Assembly (NCBI GenBank): GCA_002269645.1
Contig: NIVC01002215.1
Span: forward strand, 1-64,000
Reading direction: 5' to 3'
Length of the DNA: 64,000 bases
From: Macrostomum lignano
Lineage: Eukaryota
Shown: in pieces, positions 39,466 to 61,019 of the stretch
Layout: each line of letters opens with the position of its first letter
How positions within the stretch are numbered: position 1 is the stretch's first letter
Position numbers and translations under genes: made by a program
Notes under the pieces: model-generated
The model's input: the letters and a program-made list of their open reading frames with translations, nothing else
What the model was told of the DNA's origin: nothing
The model's database searches: none

Positions 39466-40060
39466 TAATGGCGCTTATGTCTCTTAGTTGGATGAACGTC
39501 GTAGCGGCAAAAATCCAATTTAAACAACGGAAGCTGGATGATGCAGCCAGATTAGGATGAAGCAATGCAAAGTGACACGCGAAGCAACTGCAGGGAAAAA
39601 GATCCCGTCGCCAAGCAGCGTAGTGAGTTGGATTCCTGCTCACTGGGGAGAAGTCTATGACATTTTCCCGCTGCATTTTTTCCCAAAGCTCTTCGAACTC
39701 GAACTGAGTCACTTCTAGAAATTTTATTTCGTCTTTCTCTGCTCAACCGGCCCACGCGGAAATCTCTAAATCCCGGGATGGCGAGCAGCTGGAATGGGGA
39801 AGAAAATTGAAAGGGGAAAGCGCGATGGCGAAGCGCTGGTCGCAGTTCTCGGAGCAATCGGGAATAAAGAGGCTTTTGACCAAAGCGCGCGTACGCAAGC
39901 GTAAAAATCTATATAACTAAATATTTTACTAATGTTTCGAGTTGGCGCGGATCGCTAGGAAACTTTTCTCGAGCTTCAGAGGCGAAAATTTCATGATTGA
40001 GAAATCTGGAGTATGCGATGGCTGCATTTGGTTTATCGACGATAAACATTGGCTATAGCC

Positions 40061-40888
40061 TATGGGCATTTGGTTTATAGTCTATGTGCATTGGTTTATA
40101 GTTTATGTGCATTGGTTCATAGTCTATGGGCATTGGTTTATAGTTTATGTGCATTGGTTTATAGTCTATGGGCATTGGTTTATAGTTTATGTGCATTGGT
40201 TTATAGTCTATGTGCATTGGTTCATAGTTTATGTGCATTGGTTCATAGTTTATGTGCATTGGTTTATAGTTTATGTGCATTGGTTTATAGTCTATGTGCA
40301 TTGGTTCATAGTTTATGTGCATTGGTTCATAGTTTATGTGCATTGGTTTATAGTTTATGTGCATTGGTTTATAGTCTATGGGCATTGGTTTATGGTTTAT
40401 GTGCATTGGTTTATAGTCTATGTGCATTGGTTTATAGTTTATGTGCATTGGTTCATAGTTTATGTGCATTGGTTTATAGTCTATGGGCATTTGGTTTATA
40501 GTCTATGGGCATTGGTTTATAGTCTATGGGCATAGGTTTATAGTCTATGGGCATTGGTTTATAGTCTATGGGCATAGGTTTATAGTCTATGGGCATAGGT
40601 TTATAGTCTATGGGCATTGGTTTATAGTCTATGGGCATAGGTTTATAGTCTATGGGCATAGGTTTATAGTCTATGGGCATTGGTTTATAGTCTATGGGCA
40701 TTGGTTTATAGTCTATGGGCATAGGTTTATAGTCTATGGGCATAGGTTTATAGTCTATGGGCATTGGTTTATAGTCTATGTGCATTGGTTTATAGTCTAT
40801 GGGCATTGGTTTATAGTCTATGTGCATTGGTTTATAGTCTATGGGCATAGGTTTATAGTCTATGGGCATTGGTTTATAGTCTATGGGC
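40061..40888. repeat. Minisatellite, 21-bp unit GGTTTATAGT(C/T)TATG(T/G)GCATT, about 39 copies
   Basis: Direct tandem repetition. It explains the VYSLCAL / MPIDYKP ORFs and ends about 100 bp before the first PCBP acceptor. Confidence 0.97.
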
Positions 40889-40987
40889 AAATTGCTTTAG
40901 GGTGCTTTGAGCACATTGGTTTGGTAGTTTTGGTTTAAAGAAGGCTGCATTCGATTCCCTACACCCGGTGTGCTGCGCAACCCACAG

Positions 40988-50293
<9,306 letters not shown>

Positions 50294-52015
50294 TTGTCCG
50301 GGTGGGCTGGGGTCGGGGAGCCGCACTAACTCGCTACTCAAATTGCCTGGCCGCCTCTGACTCTGCTTTCCCGACCTGCATGAGACTCGATTCCCGGAAT
50401 GCCCCCCCCTACCCGTTTGTCAGCCTGCGGCAGTAGCGCAGCCTTCGCCTCCGCATTGCAGATGCCACCGACAGAAGAGCTCCGCCGTCGCTCGCGCCTC
50501 CCCTTGGCCGGCTCCTGCTCTGTAAATAGTCGCCCAGCCCCGGCTCCTGACGCTGATGCTGCCCCGCCCCCGCCCCCAGCCTCCGCTTTTTCTCTCGACT
50601 CACGGTATCACGTCATTGCTTCATCGCGCAGTTTTTTAATCCCCGATACTCGTAGCCGCCGCTGTACTCATCGCCTCATCCGCTCAGTTTTAGCGTCTCA
50701 GCGCCCCGCCGGCCCGTCCCTCCGGCCCCCGATCCCCGCGCTTCTTCATTTTTATAATACTGATTGATTGACAAGTCCGCCAGAAGCGGCCGGACCAGTT
50801 GCGCACAGCGGCGGCCCCAGCTCTTATGCATCGCACACTGTCCAACTCGCTTTAACTTCCCAAATGCTAAGCACATTTTTTGTCTGTCTGCCGCCGCCGC
50901 TTATCTGCAAAGAGTTTGCCGGATATTTTCTCCCATCTCCCATTTTTGGCTTGATATTTTAACCTCGGCGAGTCCTTCTCAAGACTGTCAATCTCTGATT
51001 TATTGCTTTAACTTTTTTCATACGCGTTCTAATATTACTAAATCGTAGCTGTTTTCTTCTTTCTTTCTTTGTTCTCAGCGCAGTTCATTTTTATAGTGGC
51101 GTGCCCGGCTCGTTTCGAGGCTTTTTTTTCTACGGCAAGCAAAAGTTGAACTACAGAAGAAGCGCTCTGCTAGCGAGATTTTCTGATCTTTGAAGATTTC
51201 TGCTCGGTCCCGGGCCGCCGGCTCGCGGATTTGAAATACACGCGAACAGCCGAGCTTTGCTAATCAACTCGCTGGCTTCCCGTCTTGTTGAGCTGGAGTT
51301 CAGGCTGGCGTCTTTGCATCACTATGGCTGGGTCAACAATTACTGGGATAGAATGGTTGGCTTATGGTTAGGTTGTGATTAATTAAGTCTAAAACTGTTG
51401 GGTCACAATAAAAATTGTTGTCATTGAAGTACTGGGTCATTAAATTATTGCTTCATAAAATGGTTGGGTCATAGAATATTTGGAAGGCTGCAGCGCCAGC
51501 AGCAGGTATTCTCAGTATGAATGGGTCCAGAGACTGATTCGTCGTTTCGAAGGTCCCGATCAGGTCCTTCAGACGGCGAGGAGGCCTGTTGTGGAGTCAG
51601 GACTAAAAACTTGAAAGTCTGTGTAAGAAGATACAATTTTAAACAAGCCTGAATTTCGCATAATACAAAACAGCCTCTAATAAAAATGCAAGTTTGTCAA
51701 TTCACATGTTGGTGTTCGTCTACTAATAAGTAAGAAGTATAGAGTGTGGCGCGAAAAGCTTGCATGGCGGAAAAACCAAATTCTCAATGCGAGAGCGCCC
51801 AGTTGAAGTTCTTTTCAGCCTACTAATAGCTGTGCTTTGACCCCATCCTTTGGCAGAAGAATCTGAAGAAGTCGGTCCTGGCGGCAGTATCGCACGGGTT
51901 CAAAAAGTTTGAAAATGTATTTTACCATTTCAAGCTCGACTTTGGCAATTTTAGCATGTTGCTGCAGTATCGAGAACGGCTGCAAAAGCATCCACAGGTT
52001 TGCCAATGAAGAGCT

Positions 52016-52261
52016 TTGAGGCAACAAGGAGGAGCCTTCAGGACAAAATTTACACCACCAATGCTGGATGCTGTGACTCGATTTTTTAAAAGAACACTAA
52101 TGGGGATGAAGGAGAAGCTCGAAGCCGAACTTCTTTGCGCACCTGGCGTGTCGTTGCAGGCAATCTGTCGTCGCCTGGACTGCACACTGTACATCACGCT
52201 AAAGGACGTTCGGCGAGTGCATGATCACTTTAAGATTTTTGTCAGCTTGCCATTCAAATGA
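52016..52261 (+). mobile_element. Possible IS630/Tc1-type transposase N-terminal remnant
   Basis: RTKFTPPMLDAV...GVSLQAICRRL....ITLKDVRRV resembles the winged-helix segment preceding DDE domains of IS630-Tc1-mariner transposases. No catalytic domain or TIRs were found. Confidence 0.3.
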
Positions 52262-52432
52262 ACATGTTGCCAAAATTCTATGCTTGAACTTTGCTTGCTT
52301 GCCGGTCTCTGGTAGCATTTCATGAAAAATTGCTTCATAAACTTTTGCTTGCACTTTAGAAAAGCACCTGTTTGCTTCATTTGGGGTTTAGAAGTCAAGA
52401 TATTGGAACTTTGACGCCAAAATGGATCTCAG

Positions 52433-52866
52433 TATCATCAGTACCATCAGTACTATCAGTACTATCAGTACTATCAGTATCATCCGTATCATCAGTATCA
52501 TCAGTATCATCACTATCATCAGTATCATCAGTACCATCAGTACTATCAGTACTATCAGTACTATCAGTACTATCAGTACTATCAGTACTATCAGTACTAT
52601 CAGTACTATCAGTACTATCAGTATCATCAGTATCATCAGTATCATCAGTATCATCAGTACTATCATCAGTATCATCAGTATCACCAGTATCATCAGTATC
52701 ATCAGTATCATCAGTATCATCAGTACTATCATCAGTATCATCAGTATCATCAGTATCACCAGTATCATCAGTATCATCAGTATCATCAGTACTATCATCA
52801 GTATCACCAGTATCATCAGTATCACCAGTATCATCAGTATCATCAGTATCATCACTATCATCAGTA
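52433..52866. repeat. 9-bp tandem repeat ATCAGTA(T/C)(C/T), about 45 copies
   Basis: Direct tandem repetition. It explains the SVSSVL / ISTISI ORFs. Confidence 0.97.
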
Positions 52867-53073
52867 TTCAGCTATTCTATGTTGCTCAGTGCTCATATTT
52901 ATCATGACTGAGCTGCTCTCAGAGCAGGAAGTATAAAAAATAAAAGTAAAGCGAATTAAGCAAAGTTTTGCTTCAGAGAAGCCAGCTCAACCATGCAAGC
53001 ACAAGCAGCCCGGATAATTGGCACTCTCTTTTATTGCACTCTACGGTGTACATGTACACCAGGTTCGAGTGAG

Positions 53074-53854
53074 TTACTCGAAGTTGGCTTTCAGGAAGCT
53101 CAGATTGTCGTACACGTTGCCGTAGATGGCCTGGTTGTTGCTGAAGTCGCCGCCGGACACGACACCGACCTGGCGGGGCTGGCCGCTCACGGTGATGAAC
53201 AGCGGGCCACCGCTGTCACCGTAGTACGGGCTGTTCGGGCTCATCGACTGGCAGACGGCGCCGATGAAGCGCCTGCAGCTCTCCACGGTGCTGGTCGCGT
53301 ACTTCAGCACGCCGGACCGCCTGTTCTCGTCCTGGCCGTAGCCAGCGATGGTGACGCTCTGGCCGACAGAGGTGGCGGCTTCGTGCAGAACGATCGGCTT
53401 GATCAAGTCGGTGAACTCGATATCAGCGGTGGTCTTCACAATGGCGATGTCGTCCCTGAGCAGTTTTGGGATTATTTTTGTGGCCTTTGAGTGCAGTAAT
53501 TGGTACTCTCTTGGAAGCTAGAATCTTAAACTGTACTCACTTGCCAACCGTGTTGCACTGCGTGTACTTCGGGTTGATGACCTGGCGGCTGGTGTCCAGG
53601 CTGTACCTCTTGGAGCCGGACTCGGGCCGGTTGCCCTGCACGGCGCCGAACAGAACAGAAGTCGGGCGAGTGCGGCACACGCAGTGGCCGGCGGTGAGGA
53701 CGGTGCGGCTGTCCAGGATGGAGGCTGAGCAGAAGCCGAGCCAGCCGGCGAACGGGAACTGGCCCTGTTCGGCGGTCTGGCCGTACAGGACGTACGGGTC
53801 GGGCATGGCCGAGGCTACGCCGAGGGCGCAGGCGACAATGATCAGCTTCAGCAT
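53074..53854 (-). CDS. Secreted S1 (chymotrypsin-fold) serine protease, cercarial-elastase-like, copy 1 (231 aa)
   Basis: Exons 53854-53541 and 53455-53074 (85-nt GT-AG intron, phase 2). Signal peptide MLKLIIVACALGVASA and catalytic triad LTAGHC / DDIAIV / GDSGGP. AATAAA at about 53036-53031 on the - strand. Confidence 0.95.
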
Positions 53855-54387
53855 GGCCTAAACGTGTGGTTTCAATGAATGGCTTCGATTTTTGGGCCGA
53901 ATATATAGTTAAGATCGGATGGGAGTTCAGCATGTGCTACCAGCTCTGGTCTGCTTATCGCTTCAGCTGTCCGTTGCAGAGCCCCTTGCCGTATGTGGAG
54001 TCGAGGCAAAGCACAGAGAACGTGACTCTGCGGACAAATGGAGCTAGGCGCTCATGCTGGCAGGCGTTGGAAGCGTGGCAGCGTGGGCGAAGCGATCGGA
54101 GTGGTGCTGGGACTTTGGCCCGCGTAGCGCAAGCTGACTGCAATGGTGGAAAGCTTTCAAAAGTCACGGACTGCTGGGTTACTGTCGACACTGTAGAGTC
54201 CACGCCAGTAGCAGCAGGGGAGTAACAGTTTCTTAACCCTATTAATATGTGATTATGCTGTATGCCACATTGAAACCATCAGTTCAAAACAGGAAAATAT
54301 TTGGATTTCTTCCCGATTTAGCGCGTTGATTGGCGGATCTTCTTGCATTGGGTTTCGCGTCGCAAAAATAGTGGTCTTTTGTGCGTC

Positions 54388-54830
54388 CATATGATGCTAG
54401 TGGTCCTTTGTTCGCTTCATATGATGCTAGTGGTCCTTTGTTCGCTTCATATGATGCTAGTGGTCCTTTGTTCGCTTCATATGATGCTAGTGGTCCTTTG
54501 TTCGCTTCATATGATGCTAGTGGTCCTTTGTTCGCTTCATATGATGCTAGTGGTCCTTTGTTCGCTTCATATGATGCTAGTGGTCCTTTGTTCGCTTCAT
54601 ATGATACTGGTGGTCCTTTGTTCGCTTCATATGATGCTAGTGGTCCTTTGTTCGCTTCATATGATACTGGTGGTCCTTTGTGCGTCCATATGATGCTAGT
54701 GGTCCTTTCATATAATACTACATCATTTCATATGGTCATGGGGTCATTTCATATCATACTGGTGGTCCTTTGTTCGCTTCTTTATGATACTGGTGGTCCT
54801 CTGTGCGCTCCATATGATACTTGTGGTCCT
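54388..54830. repeat. Minisatellite, 30-bp unit CATATGATGCTAGTGGTCCTTTGTTCGCTT, ~10 clean copies then degenerate
   Basis: Direct tandem repetition. It explains the ASYDASGPLF ORF. Confidence 0.95.
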
Positions 54831-55319
54831 TTGTACTCTCTCCACCGCTTGCATTGGCATCTGGATTCGCTGGCATTGCTACCAGTGATGCTGCTGCTGT
54901 TGCTGACAAGAAGAAAAAAGAAGCAAAGGCCGGTCGCATCCGTGCACAGGGCGCGAACGGGGTTGCATACCCAAACATATGAGTGCACATGGAGCACCCC
55001 CTATGCACGGTATCGAACGCTCCCGAGCTGAGTGCTCCCACCTGGAGAATGGCTGAAGAAGTTATTCCTCACCCCAGCAGCAGCGCATCAGTCTGTGACC
55101 AGCAGCCCCGTCACAGGTAGCAGGCATAGTCTCGGACGACGCCTTTTCGTGGTATTCCCGGATTCGCACGGAACCCGGCCCGTTGCGTACCAACGTGTCC
55201 TTATCTTTGACGTCTACCTCGCCCAGCACGCATGTTTTATCGTCGCTCTATATCTCCTGCTTCTGCTCCTGCCTACGTGCACCTCTACTCGTGCGCGTCT
55301 GCTCAACGATGGTGACATC

Positions 55320-57990
55320 AAACCGAAACAGGGTCCCTGTCGCTGCTGCTCTTTTGGATGCGGGATTCGCTCCGGTGCGCATCAACTCTTCTGCGCCGCC
55401 AACAACTGTAGTCAGCAGTGCCACCTGCAATTCAGACGCAACTGCAGCGGAGCCCCCCGCTACCGAGACGCACCTGGCTGGCTCGGCTCCCGCTATGCAC
55501 CCATCTGTCCGCCCACGGTAGCCGGTCGCCCGGTCTACTGCAGTAGCCACAGCGCTTCGACTACTGGCTTGAGAAACGCCTGCACGGGCTGCAACGTCTT
55601 GCCCGGCATATCCGCCGGTGTACTGCAGCTCCTGCAACTGCCGCTTTTACCAAAAATTTACCGCTCTGAGACAGTACGGCCTTCGACGCGCTATTGACTC
55701 TTCCTTCTGGTCCTGTCAGATCCAGAAGTGCTGCGCGACACCACTCGTAACTCAACCAACAAGCCGACTGATCATCCACGTGGCCTTCCACGCCCGCTCA
55801 CCCGTCTCTTCACTGCTGCTGATTGTCGTCTAGCCTTACCGAACTGCTCAACTGCATTGCATTTTCGCAGTTATCTATTATCAACATCTAAGAGAGCAAA
55901 CTCAAAGAGAACAACGCCATCCCTCACATCCCTGGCTAGTGGCTACTCTGTAGTCCGCCTTGATCGCCCATCTCAGGTCGGTTGCTGCGGGCTCGCCACC
56001 CTGGCACACGAACACCTTTCTGCTTCCTGGCCTTCCGGCACGTTGAACTCCCGCCGAGGACCTCGGCTGTCAGCTGTAAAATTATTTGCGTCCAAATCTT
56101 CATCGGCCCCAAAAATCTGTCACCGTTGACAAAATTTACCCCCCCTCCCTTGGCTCACGGCGCTGGCACTACCGTACCTCAAGACTGGAGCTCGCTCCTT
56201 GGCAACGCTGATTTTGGGCTGGGCGAATTTAATGCGCACGCTTCGCTCTAGGACCTCGCGGTGAGGCCCTGCTGGACTAGCGGGTCAGCTGCGATCAGGT
56301 CCTACTGAACAACAGCTCTTCCACCTGAGTTAACCGCAAGACAGGCGGTCTCAGATCCCCAGAGGTTAGCTGGTGCATCAGCGCCTGGCACTTTAGCGGA
56401 ATGGGCGGCGATCGCCTCCCCGCTGCGTCTTCGGACTGACATGCAGCGCCTGGCATGAGAAATGTGAATTGTTGACCTCAGATGACCTCGGCTTCGACCA
56501 CTACTAGATTATCATCCAAATCTCCTGTCCTGCTCAAAAAATCCACTAGCCGGCCCGCAAACACTCACGTGGAAAAATCTCAGCTAAACGCCCGACCGGC
56601 CCGTGGCTCATTCACAACGCTAGGGCGGCTGTCAAGCGCTACAAGCTGCTTCGTCGCCAGCTGCCGGCCAGCGTGCCGAGTGACTTCAGACCTGCATGGT
56701 CGCTGCGCTCGCGCTCCAGGGAGGCAAGAATCAACTTTGGAATGAGTTTCTGACGAACGCGGACCTCTGTTAGGACCCTCTAAAGCGTGACGAATCATAC
56801 GTTCCCTCAGCTGCTCCCTTGACAGCCAGTCCACCAACGAAGCTTTGATTCATCACCGGCCGGACTCTCTCCGACAATACGGGCATAAGTTCAATTCGGA
56901 GGCCTTCATCAAGGAATGCACGGCCGTCATTCCTACGACAAGGCGGAGAGAACCGACGTCAGAAAACCAAAAAGCTGCTTCGCTCCCCCAGTGTCGATGG
57001 TGAGAGTTGCTCTCCGATCTCCTTTGACGAGCTCAAGCAAGCCAATGGGGCCGAAGGTCTGGGTGATAGTTCGCTTCGCTTCCTGAAGGATACTCGTACC
57101 TTGGCACTCTCGGAGCTGCTCTTAATCTTCAATCTGTCTTTCTACAGTGGTAGCGTTGGTATCTGCGCCGCGCCATCATCCTTTCCCTGCTCAAACGCGA
57201 AAAACCTGCTAAAAACTCCTATCAGCCGGTAGTTTAGCCTCATGCATGGCTTAGCTCTTGGAACGGATTCTAGTGGCCCGCTTCAGCTACCTCTCAGAGT
57301 CCCCTGGAGGATCGCCCTCCAACAGGCAGGCTTCCGTACTCTCCGGTCGAGGACCACATTGTCGCATTCGTCCTGGGCATCAGTGATACATTCCAGCTCT
57401 CCGCCATGCAATAATCGGTCATGGCCATCCCTACTAGTCTAAGACCTACGACAAGGTCTGGCGTGAGCGCCTTTTCTGTACTATGATCTCCAAGAACGTT
57501 TCCATGTAGGTCGTTCGATGGCGCTACAGCTTTCTCCAGAATGAACGACAAGCCTGCGTCCGCCTTAAAGGCGCCTCCATCAGCTAAATTAAGGCTGCTG
57601 AACTGAGGCCTTCCTCAGGGTTCGGTGCTGACTCCTCCCAGCTGTTTCTGTTCTTCATTGATACTATTATCAAGTCGATCTTGATGGATCGGGCACTCAC
57701 GTGTATGCCGAAGACGTCGCAATTCTCAGCCAAGGAGAACAACCCAGAGCCGTGCGTAAGCGCCTGGGGCGGGGCCGTCTTCGCTGTTGCTACCTGGAGC
57801 AATGCCAATAAGAGGGTCCTCAGTCGAACGAGCCTTCGGTTGAGCGCCTTCTCCACTGCTACTGCCGAGGCCTGGTTCCAATCACGCATCAACATCAACA
57901 ATCAAGTTCTGTCGTGTAACGACTCGCCATGCTTCCTGGTAGTGCACCTGGAGCGCACCATAGCTTTCTCCGCCAAGTTATTGTAGTTGG
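55320..57990 (+). mobile_element. Decayed non-LTR retrotransposon (Cys-rich finger, APE endonuclease, RT)
   Basis: Cys/His-rich PHD-like stretch (about 55335-55450). APE motifs ESKLKEN...GYSVVRLDR...GLATL (55885-56010) and GEFNAH (about 56220-56240). RT motifs LIFNLS, QAGFR (about 57323), GLPQGSVL (about 57607) and YAED for YADD (about 57704). Many stops and frameshifts. Confidence 0.8.
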
Positions 57991-58764
57991 GTGTCGCTTG
58001 GCTCGCCGCCCGCTCATTTGGAAGTTTTTTTTATGAAAATCACAATCAACTCTTAGCCGACAAAAAGCAGAAATAACTGAAGAACAAACGTTTCAAATAC
58101 GAGAAATGACTAGTTGAGATCTTCACGCACTGCCACTGAAGTTACCATGAAGCTACTTGTTATGCCCTGAAAAATCGCTCCCCCACCGTTGCACGTTCTT
58201 TCAACGTTTGCCTTGATTTTTAACAGTTACACATATGATCTTACATGTAACTTCCAACCAACGTTACTAAAGACCTCAGCTTTCCTTTTCTTTCTTTAAG
58301 ACTCGCAATGCATATGCCAAATTAAATACGAATAGATCAAATAAATTATGACAATAAGGTTCATTCCACAGCACTACTTAAGCTACTTAGCTACAGCTCA
58401 CGCTCTGAGGTGAAGTCTAGCCGCGAAATACACGGGCACGCTTCTGTCAAACCCGCACCTCAGCAACGGCACTCTCAGGATCAACAGTTCCGGTTTTTCC
58501 AGTTCTTCCGGCTGGTCGTGCTTGCTTTCAATTGCTTCAAAGACACGTTCATTTGAATACCGAATGCAGCCCAGTTGCCCTTCATTTCAGGTCCTCATAC
58601 GGTCCGGCTTAGGAAAAAAACTTGAAACGAACCGGACTGAAGCCCGGGTGCAGTTTTATAAGCACTTCCCCGAAACTTCACAGAAGGTTAATTTCTAACA
58701 AAAGTTTTTACGAGCGTTGTACATGTGTACATTGACCCGCATGCAATCCGAGTGATATACTAAA

Positions 58765-58834
58765 CCTAACCCTAACCCTAACCCTAACCCTAACCCTAAC
58801 CCTAACCCTAACCCTAACCCTAACCCTAACCCTA
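58765..58834. repeat. Interstitial telomeric repeat (CCCTAA)n, ~11-12 perfect copies
   Basis: Perfect CCCTAA/TTAGGG hexamers embedded in non-telomeric DNA. Confidence 0.95.
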
Positions 58835-59131
58835 GTACATGTAGATGTATACACTCACCTACATATAATAATCCGATGACGTAAGTTAGTTCTTCAGCGC
58901 TAAAACGTTTTGGTCAACCGATTCTGTATTCGCACTACTATGGAATGCGTGGATAATCCAGCATATTTTTCAGCCTGTGACTTATGCGTTCTACTCACAA
59001 ATAAAACAAGGTGATGTAGGAAAATTCAAAAATATATGATCGCACCTGCAGCGTTTAAAGCTGCTTAGCATTGCAACTCGTACTCGTGTTTATTTATTAG
59101 AACACAGCATGCAGCACATTGCACCATAGGC

Positions 59132-59926
59132 TCAGCCCATGAGCCCGCGGATGAAGCTCAGATTGTCGTACACGTTGCCGTAGATGGCCTGGTTGTTGGT
59201 GAAGTCGCCGCCGGACACGACACCGACTTGGCGGGGCTGGCTGCTCACGGTGACGAACAGCGGGCCACCGCTGTCACCGTAGTACGGGCTGTTCGGGCTC
59301 ATCGACTGGCAGACGGCACCAGTGAAACGCCTGCAGGCAGCCACGGTGTTACTGGCGTACTTCAGTACGCCGGACCGCCTGTTCTCGTCCTGGCCGTAGC
59401 CAGCGATGGTGATGCTCTGGCCGACGGAGGTGGCGGATGTGTGCAAAGTGATTGCGCCGATGACAGAATTGAAGGAGATCGCCGTGGTGGTCTTCAGGAT
59501 GGCGATGTCGTCCCTGTGGGTCAGAGGTATTTTGCCAATGAGTTTTTATCTAGTGATAACACCTAAAGCGGCAGAACTAACCAGCAAAACAGCGTCTGTG
59601 TGGAGTACTCACTTGCCAATGGTGCCGCAGCTAGTGTAGCGTGGATGAATGACCTGCCGGCTGGTGTCCAGACTGTACCTCCGGGAGCCCGACTCCGGGT
59701 TGTTGCCCTGCACTGCGCCGAACAGAACGGAGGTCGGCTTGGAGCGGCACACGCAGTGACCGGCGGTGAGGACGGTGCGGCTGTCCAGGATGGAGGCGGA
59801 GCAGGAACCGAGCCACGCGGCGAACGGAAACTGGCCCTGACTGGCAGTCCTACCGTACAGGACGTACGGGTCAGGCATGGCCGACGCCAGGCCGAGGGCG
59901 CAGGCGACAATGAGCAGCTTCAGCAT
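59132..59926 (-). CDS. Secreted S1 serine protease, cercarial-elastase-like, copy 2 (231 aa)
   Basis: Exons 59926-59613 and 59513-59132 (99-nt GT-AG intron at the same position and phase as copy 1). Signal peptide and intact H/D/S triad. About 82% identical to copy 1 by manual alignment (42 differences in 231 aa). AATAAA at about 59098-59090 on the - strand. Confidence 0.95.
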
Positions 59927-61019
59927 GGTTTGTGCTGGTCTTCACTAAGGCTTGCTTTGTCTTCCTCAATGCTCACGAATTTATGCTGCCAAGGGCTCAA
60001 AGTCAAGCTGGATGGGAAGATCGGCATGTGTTGACAGCTTTGTTTGCATGCGAGATCGCTTTTGCTACGGTAAAATTGCTTTAATCGTGCTTTTCACGGT
60101 GTTTTTGGATCGGCTGCGACCGTGCAAGACACGCAGAAATCGGTGTTCTGAGATAATTCAGTACAGCTTACACTTCAACCAGTTCAAACCGCTTTTCGAT
60201 TAATGAATCGTGCGTTATTGGCGTTATAATTTAGCGAATTGTTATTTTTTTACTTTTTTTGCATGTTGCGCGTTGTGTCTCCAATTGCACGTACGAGTAT
60301 CTGTTTAAGAGGTTTCTTCCTATGCATTATGGATGGTCGTTTTTTGGAGTTGACGACGAGTCAATGGAAGTCGTCGGCTGATATCCTGACAGATTTGCTA
60401 TTTTTATCAGAGATCTGCTACGTGTTACCGGTTCATAAATTTGAAAGAAGCTGATGGGCGACTAATGTGCTTGATTGCGCATTCGCATCCGAACATGGAA
60501 AATTTGCATTGCTAATACAAGAATGCAAAATACGACGCAAGTCTGACACTGGGCTTCTGTTTATTGATAAGCGCAAGTGCATTTGAGTTGGCTCACACTC
60601 TGGGGTGAAGACAGGTTGCCTGGAATGCCTGCACGCTTAGGTCATGGTGCTCGGACACTCACACCTTCCGAACTCGTATCGACTGCACGATGCCTCCACT
60701 TCAGCTCACTCTGTATTGACGCAAAAGACCAAGGTGCTCTCTAGCAGGCAGCTATTAGCCATATAATATGATCTTAGATGTCTAGTACGAGCACATAGTG
60801 AACAGACATTTAGTCTCCTTGCTCAGCATTCAGCCCGTTATTCAGGGACACAGAGCTCACAGAATTTAGTTGGGAAAAACACGAAAAATCAGGACCTTTC
60901 CTACTATGCCAAGCCAGTTACTCCGCACTATATGGCTTCTGCTAACGGAGCGCTAGTCAAAAGCTGGTCTCGAAGAGCATGCTCAGGTGTGACCTACATG
61001 TAACGGACTTTTTTGGCGG

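Noticed and set aside
37081-40938. [25 protein letters not shown] and MPIDYKP repeat ORFs
   Set aside because: These are minisatellite translations (10-, 20- and 21-bp units).
52372-52911. SVSSVL / ISTISI / MILMIL ORFs
   Set aside because: These are 9-bp tandem repeat translations.
54343-55031. ASYDASGPLF repeat ORF (216 aa)
   Set aside because: It comes from a 30-bp minisatellite upstream of protease copy 1 and is open in multiple frames.
58560-58660. Possible hammerhead ribozyme (CCGTATGAG...GAAA on the - strand)
   Set aside because: The core deviates from CUGAUGA and stems II and III cannot be formed.
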